From Fonticula alba ATCC 38817 (Eukaryota > Protista > Nucleariida), in assembly GCA_000388065.2 (NCBI GenBank), contig KB932222.1: a stretch of 30,520 nucleotides of DNA. One strand, 5' to 3'. Under the pieces are notes generated by a model. It had not been told where the DNA came from, ran no database searches, and saw nothing but the letters and a program-made list of their open reading frames with translations. Each line of letters begins with the position of its first letter. Position 1 is the stretch's first letter. The translations under genes were made by a program, and so were the position numbers. Shown piece by piece: positions 11,948-23,500 of this stretch.

Positions 11948-13622
11948 GCGAGACCATGTTCATTCGCCCACCCACGAGGCCCGGCCAACTCCGCCCGAGG
12001 ATTGCCCCTGACCCCCTATGCCCGCCGCAGAGCGCCGATCTCCACTCCAGCGGCGGACCCATGACCGCGCTGTCCGGACACCTGGCCGCGCTCGACCTCA
12101 ATGGCGTGCTCCTCTTCGGCACGACACTCGATGCCGACCGGCGGCTGGTCATCAGCGACTCGCCGGAGCCCATGCGCCACTGGTCCTTCCGGCCAAATGG
12201 CGTGTTCACCCCGCACCAGCCCGGCCTCCTGGCGGTGGCCGCCGGGGCCGATGTGCACTTCGTCTGCCCGCCCGAGGACACGGCCATCCGGCAAGTCCTG
12301 TGCCTGGTGCGTGCTCGCCCCCGCTGGCCGACACCCCNNNNNNNNNNNNNNNNNNNNNNNNNNNNNNNNNNNNNNNNNNNNNNNNNNNNNNNNNNNNNNN
12401 NNNNNNNNNNNNNNNNNNNNNNNNNNNNNNNNNNNNNNNNNNNNNNNNNNNNNNNNNNNNNNNNNNNNNNNNNNNNNNNNNNNNNNNNNNNNNNNNNNNN
12501 NNNNNNNNNNNNNNNNNNNNNNNNNNNNNNNNNNNNNNNNNNNNNNNNNNNNNNNNNNNNNNNNNNNNNNNNNNNNNNNNNNNNNNNNNNNNNNNNNNNN
12601 NNNNNNNNNNNNNNNNNNNNNNNNNNNNNNNNNNNNNNNNNNNNNNNNNNNNNNNNNNNNNNNNNNNNNNNNNNNNNNNNNNNNNNNNNNNNCTGCGCCC
12701 CCCCCCCTCCCCCTCCAGCAATCGCGTTCTGCAGCTGCCCTTCGGCGGACGCCGCTGCCTCGCGGCCACGCAACTCGACGACGACACACTGGTACTGCAA
12801 TTCAGCGACGGCTTCTTCGACTTCCTGGCTCTGCATACATCCATGCGCGCAGCGCAGCACTTCCTCTGGCGCAACAACCCGAGCATGGCCCCGGCCGGCC
12901 CGGCCGACCGGGTCTGGGTGTGCCCATGGCTGCCTCTCTGCTGGGTGGCCTACGAGCAGGGCGCGCGCTTTGTCTTCCATGCCGCCCGGCTTCGGGACCC
13001 ACACAGCAGCGACAAGGGCTCCGTCTCGGAGCCCTGGGCCTTCCTCCCGGCCCGCACGTCCTTCGCCCTGAGTGTGGCCACCTGGCCCGGGGTCGTCCCG
13101 CCGGGCGTCCAGGCCGCCGCACCCACCGCCATCGGGGTGGCCTTCCTCCGGCACATGAGCCGGCGCTTCTGTGCCATCCTGTACGCCGCCCTGAAGTTTG
13201 CCCCCCCCCCCCCCCCCCACCCCCCCCCACACACGCCACCTCGTGTATTCGAGCATGCCCGCTTTAACTAACCCCGCCTGCCTGCTGCCCGGTGCCCCGC
13301 TGCCAGCCACGGCCAACGCGTGGCCCTCATCCCGGAGGAAGACATCATCCGGCTGTTCATCGACTCGGCCAGCCCGGAAGTCCTGTCCCGACCGCTGATC
13401 TGCATCTCCCAGGACATCGAAATGCCGGTCTCCAGCGACATCCTCACCCTCGGCCATGAACTCCAATCGGCCACCGCACACCCGACCGTGGTCCTCCGCA
13501 GCGATGCCCACTGGAGGACAGTCCTCCTGGCCAAGACCTTCCCAGACACGGGGGATGCCTGCCTCCGGTCCCAGATCCGGGTGGAGCTGTGGCCCCCACC
13601 GGAGAGCCTCACCTTGAACTAG
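9319..13622 (+). CDS. Uncharacterised multi-exon protein, about 880 aa; join(9319..9570,9723..9959,10200..10772,11229..11444,11527..11838,12031..12306,12735..13195,13307..13622)
   Basis: Eight GC3-rich, protein-like blocks joined in frame by GT-AG introns (donors GTGCGT x3, GTGCGC x2, GTATGT, GTTTGC; branch-like CTGAC/CTAAC). The total of 2643 nt ends in TAG. No recognisable domain, signal peptide or TM. The start (a possible extra upstream exon 8815-8947), the acceptor at 10199 and the gap-spanning intron are uncertain. Confidence 0.7.
9986..10135. repeat. Two long poly-C tracts (C50 at 9986-10035, C57 at 10079-10135) inside intron 2 of the orphan gene
   Basis: Direct count from the sequence. 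Confidence 0.9.
11905..11945. repeat. (CA)n microsatellite, intronic
   Basis: About 20 CA units. Similar tracts at about 9172-9203, 9678-9702 and 27364-27387. Confidence 0.95.
12338..12692. other. Assembly gap (355 N) inside a predicted intron of the orphan gene
   Basis: Run of N; could hide an exon. Confidence 1.
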
Positions 13623-14379
13623 AGCCGAAGTTGGAGCGCGCGCGTGCACGTGTGTCAGGTAGAGGCGGGCCGCCTCCTCCGCAGGCGCCCCGCGCATTCG
13701 GCAGCCACTACACCCGTTTTTTTCCCGGCCTACCTCCCGGGTGATTGCTTGAGAGAGTGTGTGGGCTTTTTTTTTTCCGTCCCCCCAGGCGCCGTGCTGC
13801 CACCTGGCGGAGGCATGCGCGGCTTCCTCTCCTGTTGTTTTTTTTGCCCGCTTCCATGCCAGAATGGGAGAGCGACAGAGGGGAACCGGAGGGGGGGAGG
13901 GGGGGGGGGGCACAGGACCGGCATCAGCACAGGTGTGACGTGTACCCGGCCGCAGACCCATCCTCCGAGACCATCGACACATGGCCGCACACCAACAGCA
14001 GCAAGCCAACCACCACCAGCGCCATTGCCATGCTCTCATGGTTCGGTCGACGTGGGCCGGGGCCCGGCCGGCATCTCAACATGCGGCCGGCCGTCCATGT
14101 TTCTTTGGGGGAAGAGCACCGGCCGAGCATTGGGCGGCGGGGCCCCGGCACGCGACAAACGCGCAGGTGGAACATGGGCCCGCCCTCGGCCAAGACCTCG
14201 GGTCGCGCGGAGATGCCAACCTTTGGCCATCGAGTCGCCACGCCCCGGGACCCCCACACGCTGTGATCTCCGCCGATCTTTTCCACACACACACGCACAA
14301 CAACCCTATAATTGCCCATGCAATGGGCCAGGGGCCTTGGGCAGGCGTGCGCCCCTCGGCCGCGGGCGGCGGCGTGCCA

Positions 14380-15763
14380 TGCCCCACAGCCCACCGACAT
14401 GGGGTCTGCCTCTGTCCTGCATTCCCCCTCCTCCCGCTCGCCTGTTTGATCATTTCCACGGTGCCGCGCCCTGCCGCGCCCCCTGCTCCAAGAGGATGGA
14501 ACTGGGGCATTTCGATCATCCAAACACACGGATCCACACGAGCAACAGACGAAGCCACACCCCCACACCGTGCCATCCCATGCGGGTGTCTGTCGCCGGC
14601 GACGGGGTGCCCAGAGCGGGCATCCCCGGCTCCGGGTGTCCCGAGAGGCAGGGGCCGTCCAGAGCACTCGGGCCAGGCTTAGATCCCGAAGGGTCGTCGT
14701 GCTCGCCGGCAAAATCGCCCTCCATTGCCCGAGCTGCCTGATGCCGACAGCAGGCCCCGACCGATGATCATGGACCCTTGCCACCGCGGGCATGACCAGG
14801 AAGGATGCCAGCGCATGGGCAGTCAAGGCATCGCGCGGCACAGCCAAGAGCCAGGCCCCGGTCGGCAACACGAGGATCGGCCGGATTGTGCGGCCGCACT
14901 GCCGGACAAGCATGGTCACCAAGAGGACCACACCGAACAAGTGGCCATACTTGCCGACCCCCGGGCGAACCCCCCAATTGAACAGGCCCCGGGCGAGTGG
15001 CAGCAGAGGAGGTCACCGAAGTCGATCGCACGGCCCCGCGATCAAAGTGGTGGCCCTTTTCCCGGAGAGCCCTCCTGCTCGCCTGGGGGGGGGGGGGGGA
15101 CTCCCCCATACCATGCACTTCCGGGGCCGGAAGGCGACACCCGGCGACCGGAGCCACGAACCGAAGCCAGCCCCTTCGCCATGAGGCTGACTCGCTAGAT
15201 GGTGCGATCCCGGGGCGGCTCGGCAGCCCGCCCGAAAAGGGCTGCTCCATTGCCGGTGCTGCTGGCCCGGCCAGGAAACCGGCCTGCCGGCTGCGGGAGA
15301 GCGTGCCCCCGGGATTCGGCCGTGAAGCTCGCCTGCTGCCTAGCGCACGTGGATGCCCCTCCGCTTGGTGGGTCTCGATCAAGGCATTGCTCCCGCGGTC
15401 CCGGGGCTGGCCATTCGCCGGCATTAACACTCGAAGGCCGAGTTCCCGGGAAAAAAAAAAGGCCCCCACCGGACCTCCGGCAGGTCGCTCGGCAGCTGGC
15501 TCTGCGTCCGGGCCTGAATGTACGTCGGGTCGATCATTTCACAGACAAGGGAGGGAAGCCCGGCCGGCGTGCAGAAACCCGAGGCCCGGTTGCCGGGAAG
15601 CAGGCCCGTTGGAGCCGAATGCAGAGAGAGGTCCATCCGGCGCGAGGGTCCGAGCAGCAGTCCCAGCAGCATGACCAAAAGCAAGGGCAGCAGCAGGCGG
15701 GGGCGACGGTCGAGCCGGCCGCTGCCGGACCCGGGACCACCGCAGGGCGCGCGAGGCGTCCAT
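14380..15763 (-). pseudogene. Frameshifted relic paralogous to exon 1 (signal peptide plus beta-rich head) of the adjacent receptor kinase
   Basis: Colinear matches spread over several frames. RLLLPLLLVMLLGLLLG..DLSLHSAP matches LLPLLLLALLGLARGQDVFLHAAP; FCTPAGLPS matches FVTGPGEPS; EVRWGPFF matches EVRWGAFF (D-to-E spacing is exactly 156 nt in both). STSVTSSAATR matches SASIVSMAATR; WRAILPASTTTLRDLSLAR matches WRRVVLPPAVTDLTDLRLVR. At least 3 frameshifts. Homology below about 14660 is weak. Confidence 0.75.
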
Positions 15764-17452
15764 GTCTCCGAGGTGGGAGGGAGCTGAAGGCGGGGGTTGG
15801 AGGGGGGGGGAGCCGGCGCCAAGAGGCAGAGGGACGGAGGCCCCTGCAGTGGGCTGTTTTTCTTCTCCTTTTTTCCTCCTTCCCATTTGTCTCGCCCACC
15901 CATCCTTCGCTAGCGGGCCGAACCGGGCCCGGGGGGGGGGGGGGGGGGGGAGGACCGGGAAGGATATCCGGCCTCAGTGCCATCCACAATGCCGGTTGGG
16001 GGCCAGGCACGCGTGATGGGCCCGCCAAGTGGGTGCACGTACGACGTACCAGCTCCAGCGCCTGTTCCCACCCGTCGGGGACAATGCGTGTCTGGCAGAG
16101 GCACCCAGGGGTGCCGTTCCCCCCTGGCCTTGCGCTTGTGACCCACGCGAAACTTATTCACTTCCCCCGCAGGTTCCCGCACCCGGTCCCGGGTTGCCGT
16201 TGTTGTTGTTACTCATCGACAAGAGGCGACATGGCACTTGGCGATCCATCCACAGGGCCCAGGGCTAAGCGTCAGGAATGAGGGGGCCAGCGCCTGACAC
16301 GGCCGAGGGTGGCATCTCGGATTCATTCCTCCGCTCCTAATGGCGGTGGCATCCACCAACGGATCATGGGATCCCGCTAAGTTAAGGGACGATGAGTGCG
16401 CGTTTCATCGGGGCGCCTTCCGTTAGCATGGAGAGATACCACCGCACATCGCCGGGCCTCGCCTGCCCCAGCAGGGAGGGAGAACATCCCGCGAGGCAGG
16501 GGACGGTCCCCCCCCGCCCCCCGCCCCCGGCCCCCCCCCCCCCCCCCCCTGGCGCCCTTCCTTGTGGCGGGGGGAAAAAGCGGCCACAGAAGGGTGAAGG
16601 AAAAATAGCGCCCCAGCTCCATCCATGCGAGTCTGCATGCAGGCTGCACCCACGGCCCAGACATGCCCGAATGCCGAGGACAATGTGCTCTCGTTTTCGC
16701 GGTCGGACGCGCATGCGCCGGCCGTGGCCGCCGAGTGAGAGCAGCTACCAGCGCTCATGCATTGCTTCTCCCCTCCGCGAGGAAGGCGCACACGCACCAA
16801 CCGCAGGATCGCTCGCCGCCCCCCGGTTGGCCACCGGCCGGCCAGGTATGGGGCAGGCATTCTGGGGCACCCTCCCCTGTCCGTCCTCCCGCCGGTGCTC
16901 CTCCTCCACCACTCGCCCGCCAAATGCCGGTGGATGTTGATGCCTAGCAGCCCGGCAAAGTGGCTCCCGTGGCCGGCTGGGACTTGCCTGTAGGTGCGAT
17001 CTCTCGCGCGGGCCAGGGCCCCGGAGGCGCCATACGAGGAGGCCTCGCCATTTGTGGCCGGAACGAGAATCCATCCAACCAAGCATGCTGCCCATGGGAC
17101 CATACTCCATGTGGGCCACCCCTCGCGCCGGGGACGGCCTGGCCGTTCCGCCAGGGTGCCTCACCTTTTAGGAACCCGCCTCGGAGACAGCACCGCGCAG
17201 GACACCACCACACAGGAGGCCTCCCCGTGGCAGGGGTGCCTGTGTGCTGCGCCATCGGATCCCACCCACCAGTCTGCCCGGCTCTGGGCGCGGTGGCACA
17301 AAGGTGCGATGAGCCCCTCACCGAGCCGGCTCCCGGGCCAAAAAAAAGCACTCCCTGTGGGAATTCACAGGCAACTCCAAATCCATGAGGCCGACAGGTA
17401 CTGCGTCCTCCGAGGAGGGGTGGCGTTCTATTTGGTCCTTCCATGGATGCCG

Positions 17453-17491
17453 CACACCGGCCCACACACCGGCCCACACACCGGCCCACAC
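17453..17491. repeat. 12-nt tandem repeat (CACACCGGCCCA) x3, downstream of the kinase stop codon
   Basis: Direct reading. Confidence 0.9.
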
Positions 17492-17555
17492 TTTGCGAGC
17501 CGGCTGCAATGCCACAAAATGCAAGCTCGCGCCGTGATGTGTGACGTGTCGCCGG

Positions 17556-20500
17556 TCAGAAATCGCCCAAGCCGCCGGAGGCCACAAACAGGGCCATGCA
17601 CCGCTGGCGGAAGGTGGCCGCCGAGGGCCGCCGCCCGGGGTCCTCCTGCCAGGCAGCCTGCACCAGGTCCGTGGCACTGGCGGCCATGGTGCCGGCGCCC
17701 GGCCGAGCGCCGCCAATCACAGCGGCCATGATGTCGTGGATGCCCAAGCCCGGCCAGGGAACCGCCCGAGTGAGGCACTCATGCAGCATGATCGCCGCGG
17801 CATAGATGTCCGACGGCAGGAAGCACCCCCGGTCGAGGGTGGTGCCCCGCTGGAAGGCGGTGATCACCTCCGGCGCGGCATACGGCACTGTCAAGGCATT
17901 CAACTCCGGCATGGCCAGGACCAGGGCCGACGACCGGTCGGCACTCAGGTTCCGACTCGTGCCCAGGTCCCCGAGGGCCGCCCGCCAGCAAGAGGCCGTC
18001 TGCAGGACAAACACATTCCCCGGCTTCAGGTCGCAGTGGGCGATCCCATGCGCGTGCATGGCCTCCAGCCCGGCGGCCCACTGCTGCGCGATGTCCGCCA
18101 GCTGCACCGGCGTCAGCGGCACCTCCGAGTGCAGCAACGCGCCGAGGTCGCAGTCGAAGCGCTCCATCACGATGGCCGGCGGCTGCTCGCTGTAACCAAA
18201 GAGACGCACAATGTGCCCATGCTCCCGGAGCAGCCACATCAAGGCCACCTCATTCTGGAACATGGCCACATGCAGGGGCTTCATGCTGTCGGTCTTCATG
18301 CTCTTGATGGCCACTATGCCCGGGCAGCCCAGCCGGGCGGCGACCCCGGCCCCGACCGCCTGCGCGGCGACCACACTCGCCTGCGTCCCGCAGCCGAGGG
18401 CTTCATCCAGCGGCCGGAAGTCCACGCCCACGTCGACCAAGATGGCCCCGGGCAGGGCCAGCTCCACAATGGTGTTCAGCATGGTGGCGTCCTCGCCATC
18501 GGCGGGACTCCGCTGGGGAGGCAGCTTCTTCCGCCGGCGCACCAGGAAAAGCACCAACAGTATCAGCAGAATCAGCAGCAGCAGCAAGCCCACGGCCAGG
18601 CCCACGGCCAGGCCAATGCGCGAGGCACCACGACGCGAGTCCCGCTCGCAGTCGCCCTTCTCCGGCCCGGTGCAGCCATGGGCGCAGCTCTCATGGCAGG
18701 CGCCGCAGACGCCGGGATTCCCATCCACGTCGGCAAAATACCCCCCTGGGCAGGTTTCCACGCAGGCTGTCCCACCCAGCAAGAGCCGGCCCGCCACGCA
18801 CCGACTGCAGGTGGCGATCGTCGGACAGTCCAGCGTGCCAGCACCGGTGGCCGTGCACCCGGCCTGGCCGGGACCCGGGTCGCACCGCTCGCACCCGGCC
18901 AGGCAGTCCAGGCACACGCCGTCCACCGGGGCCGAGGCCCCGACACAGGCTGAGGCGCAGAGGCCCTCGGCCGGGCGCAGGAGGCCGCCCTCACAGCCCG
19001 TGCAAAAGTCCCCCGAGCCGGAGCAGGCCCGGCACCCGGGGCCACACGGCTGGCACACGCCCGAGCCCGGGGCCGCGAACTCCCCGTCCGGACAGCGGTC
19101 ATGGCAGGCGCCCGCCGAGAGGACGAAGCCCTCCTCGCACTGCGTGCAGTGGGCCGCGCAGGTGGCATCGGCCGAGACGCAGGCCGCGCACCGGGCAGGG
19201 CAAGAGAGACACCGATCGGAGGCGGTGCACTGGTGCCAGCCGGTCGGACAGGACTGTACGCACAGCCCGGCCGGTCCATGGAGCCCCCACGCCCAGCAGC
19301 TGGCACATGCATCCCCACTGGCGCAGGTGGCGCAGGAGGCCTCGCACGCGGTGCAAACCCCATCCTCGGCGAAGAGACCAGCCGGGCAACCGAGCAGGCA
19401 GGCCCCGCCAAACAGGGCGCGGCCCCGGGCGCACGCGGTGCACTGGCTTGGAGCCGGCCCGGAGCAGGAGGCACACGTGTCGCTGCATGGGATGCACGAC
19501 TGGCCCTGCGGGAAGGTCCCGGCCGGGCAGACGGCATGGCAGGCTCCGCCCACCAGCAACGGCGCTTCCGGCCGGCAGCCCAGGCACTGGTCGGCCATTT
19601 GGCCGAAGCACCCGTTGCAACTGCCATGACAAGCGATGAACAGGGCCCCCTGCGCCGAGGTGCCGGACGGGCAGTGGGCCACGCACGCCGGGCTGTCCAG
19701 CAGCCACCCACGCTCGCACTGGGCGCACACGGTGCTCGACGCGGGGCAGCCGACGCAGTGGCCCGGGCAGGCGGCGCACCCGCCGGCCGAAGGCCCATAC
19801 GACGCCGGACAGGCGGGGACACAGCGGAACGGCGCCCGCCCGGCCGGCAGGGCCAGCAAATCCCCCATGCACATGGTGCACTCGGTGCTCCGGACCCCGA
19901 CACACGCGCCGCACGACGCATGGCAGGGCAGGCACCGCCCCCCGAGAGCCACATGCCGCGCGGCGCAGTCCTGCACACAGTCGCCATCCTGCAGCACGCC
20001 ACGCAGACAACGCCAGCAGTGCCTGTCACTCGGGCCGTTGCACGTGGCGCAGGCCGGGTCGCAAGGCACGCACAGGCTCGACGCCGCGTCCCGGTACTGG
20101 CCCTCCGGGCAGCCGGACACGCAGGCCCCCACCCCGGGCCCGGCCTCGATGAAGTCCAGCCCCGCCGCACACCGGGTGCACTGGTCGGCCGCCCCGCCGA
20201 CACAAGCCACGCAGCTCACGTCACACGGCTGGCAGGACTCGCCGTTGGGCCAGCTGCCGGCCGGGCACGAGGAGACACACGCGCCGGCCGGCGTCAGGAA
20301 CAGCGGCTGCTCGCAGGCCAGGCACCGGGTCGCCGTGCAGGACGCGCACCCCGGGTCGCAGGGCACACAGGCCCCGGCGCCCCCGGCGGCCGGCCGGCTC
20401 ACCCACCGGAAGCCCGCGGCACACACCTGACACGATGTGGCCTGGCCAGTGCACAGCTCGCAGGAATGGTCGCACTCGGCGCACCGGCCGTCGCCGATGT

Positions 20501-23500
20501 ACTCGCCCGGCAGGCAGGCGCCCCCGCACAGGGACCCGGCCTGCTCATCCGGGCCCAGGAACACCAGCCCCGGCCGACAGACCGTGCAACTGGACGCATC
20601 CCGGCACTCGGCGCACGAACCATCACAGGGCAAGCAGGAGCCCGCCAGGAGGAAGTGCCCGGCGGAGCAACTCATACACTCGGTCGCCGAGGCGCAGGAA
20701 CCACATGCAGCAGGACAATCCCGACATGCACCGGCCCCAGCATCGGACCAAGTCCCCATCGGACAGGCTCCCAGGCAGGCCCGGTGATGCAGCCATGTGC
20801 CCGGACCGCACGAGGTGCAAGCTCCCGGGCCCGGGCCATCGCATGTGGCACAGCCCGAATCGCACGGGTCGCACGCCAGCCCATGCCACCCGGCCGGGCA
20901 GGGCAGCGCCAGGGAAAAGGTCACCAGCCCCGGCCCCGGGGCGAAGGCCAACAGCGTGAGCATGTGCCCTGGCTGCAGGACCGACCGCTGCCCGGAGCCG
21001 CCGGAGCCGCCGACCACCGGCAGGGGCGCCAACGACCACGGCCCGGCGCCACTGGGCAACCGCAGCCCCGGGGGCAGGTCAAAGAAAAGCCCAGCCTGCA
21101 GGGCACACGGCTCGGGCCCACCGGCCCCGGGACAGTGGAGCAATGACAGCCCGATGAACGTGTCCGCCAGGAGGACCAGCGCGCTGGGGTACTCCAAACC
21201 ACCATGGGCCAGGCTCAGCCCCTGCAACAGGACACCCAGGCCCCGGGGGCCGGGCCCGGCCAATGCCCCGGGGAAAGCCCCCAGGCTCTGCCGGCCGGTG
21301 GGCACATCCACCGACCGGCCGGCCGGCCGCATGTCCCCCGGCGCCCGAAGAACCAGCCACTCGGGGCCGGAAACCCGGGAGAAGACCAACTCCGGGGGGA
21401 GGGTGCTGGCGCCGCGAGACAGGAGCACCGGCACCAGGCCCATGCCCCCCGCCGGGGGGGCATCTCCCAAGAACCGGCCATCCAGCGCCAGCTGCCGAGG
21501 ATCCGCCGAGCCGGGAAGGAAATCCGGACCGGCCGTGGCCCCCGGCCCCAAGCCCGCCCATACCAGCCAATCCCCGAGGCCCGGGTCGGCCCGGGGTCCG
21601 GTGGCCTCGAGGAGGCTGACCGCGTCCAGGCCCTCGATCGAGAACCAGGCCAGATGCTTCGAAGAACCGCTGACCCAGATAATGGACAACCGCCGCGGGC
21701 CGTCGTAGACAAGGAAGCGCCTCGGGTCCAGGCGCCGGACTCCAGAGCACTGGCTGCTGGGGAGTGTGTCCAGCAGCCCGGCGCCCGTCGCCGCACACGG
21801 CCCCGGCCCGGCGCATGACAGCCAAACATGCCGGAGAACCTGGTCCTGACCACAAAGGAGCACCACATGCAGCAAGCCCCCATCGCGCTGGAGGGGCCCG
21901 ACCTCGGCCACAGACACCACCGGAACCGGCAAGGCACCATCGAACAGGGAAATCGGCTCCGGGGGTGCCTTGCCCGGACGGGTGATGTCAGCGGCCGGCA
22001 GGAAGTAGGACTTCCGGTGCTCGGTGAACAGCAGCATGCCGGTCACCAGCGCCGAGTCGGCGGCCGGGAGCACCGGGCTCCCGGTTCCCGGCTCCGGGGC
22101 CAGCCGCGTCGCCCCGATGGCGGTCACTCGATCACCAGGCCCCAGCCCCGGGAGGGGCTCGCCCACCGGGACGGTCGAGTACACATCCGGCGAGGGCATG
22201 CCAGCCGGCCGGCAGACCCCGGCCAGGGGGTTGAACCCGGCCGAGCAGCTGGCCACGCACACGGCCCCCCCCCCCCTTCAGGGCGCTTGCCTCCAGGAAG
22301 AAGTCCTCCTCGCACACGAGGCAGTGCTCGGCGGTGCAAGTCCGGCAGTTGGCCTGCGGACAAATCCGGCAGGAATGCCCCGGCCGGGAAAAGGGCGCCT
22401 CCTCTGCGGGCGGAGGCGACCGGCAAAAAAAAAGTCAGCCTAAAATCGGCGAGGGGCCACCGGAGGCCATCGAACGGCAGGAAGCCGGGGACGGGGGGGG
22501 GGATGTGTGCGATCGAAATACATACCGGCCGGCTTGCTCAGGTACCAGCCACTGGCGCACCCGGCGCACAGGTGGTCCGGCGACACGAAGGGCGAGGCCG
22601 CGTGCCCAGGGGCACAGGTCCACCCGGCCGGCGCGCCGGAGGACCCCCCAGCCGCGTCGCACACGATGGTGTGGTCGTCCTGGCACCGGAAGTCGTCGGA
22701 CGGGAAGAGGACCGTGCGCCCGGCCACCAGGGTCCACCGCATGGAATCCGAGGGCGACCGCTGCAGACGCACCAGCCGCAGGTCGGTCAGGTCGGTGACG
22801 GCCGGCGGCAGAACCACCCGGCGCCAAGTAAATGTGTCACCCTGGATGTGGGCCAGCCAGAGGCGGTCGGCCGGATCCGCCGACCCGGGCGTGACCAGGT
22901 ACAGGGGCCCCGGAGAGTCATCCATGGCCAGGGCCGAGGGGGCCAGGAGCCGGGCTCCGTCGGCCAGCGAGCCACTCGGCAGTATGGCTGTCGACAGGCC
23001 AGCACGCTCGCTCAGGCCCTGGCAGTGGTACACAAACACCAGTTTGTTGTCCAGCAACAGGACCAGGTCCATGTGCTCGGGGCAGGTGGCCGCCGAGGAC
23101 ACCACCCGCGTGGCGGCCATGCTGACGATGCTGGCCGAGAGACTGGACCCGGAGGACTGCGCCCCGCCAAGCCCATCCAGGATAAGATGGACGAAGCGCC
23201 GGCCGCCGGACAGGAAGAAAGACCGCCCGGGCCCGGGGATGGCAAAGGCCGGGCCACTGACCGGGAAGAAGTTCCCGCGCACCGGCTGCAGCCCGGCCGG
23301 GCCCAGGGTCGCCAGGTAAATGGACCGCTCCGGCTCGGAGGGGGAGCCCGTCAGCCCGAGTAGGTCCACCGTGGTGGCCGACACCCCGACACCGGCCAGC
23401 AGCTCGGTGCCCGGCCCAGGGAGCCGGTGCTCTTCGGGCGAGGTGAAGATGGCCACCGCGGTGGTGGTGTGCTCCACAGCCACGATCCCCGGGCTGCCGC

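Noticed and set aside
17541-22000. Several long plus-strand and alternative-frame ORFs (470-681 aa) over the kinase gene
   Set aside because: Shadow ORFs expected from GC-rich coding DNA with few stop codons.
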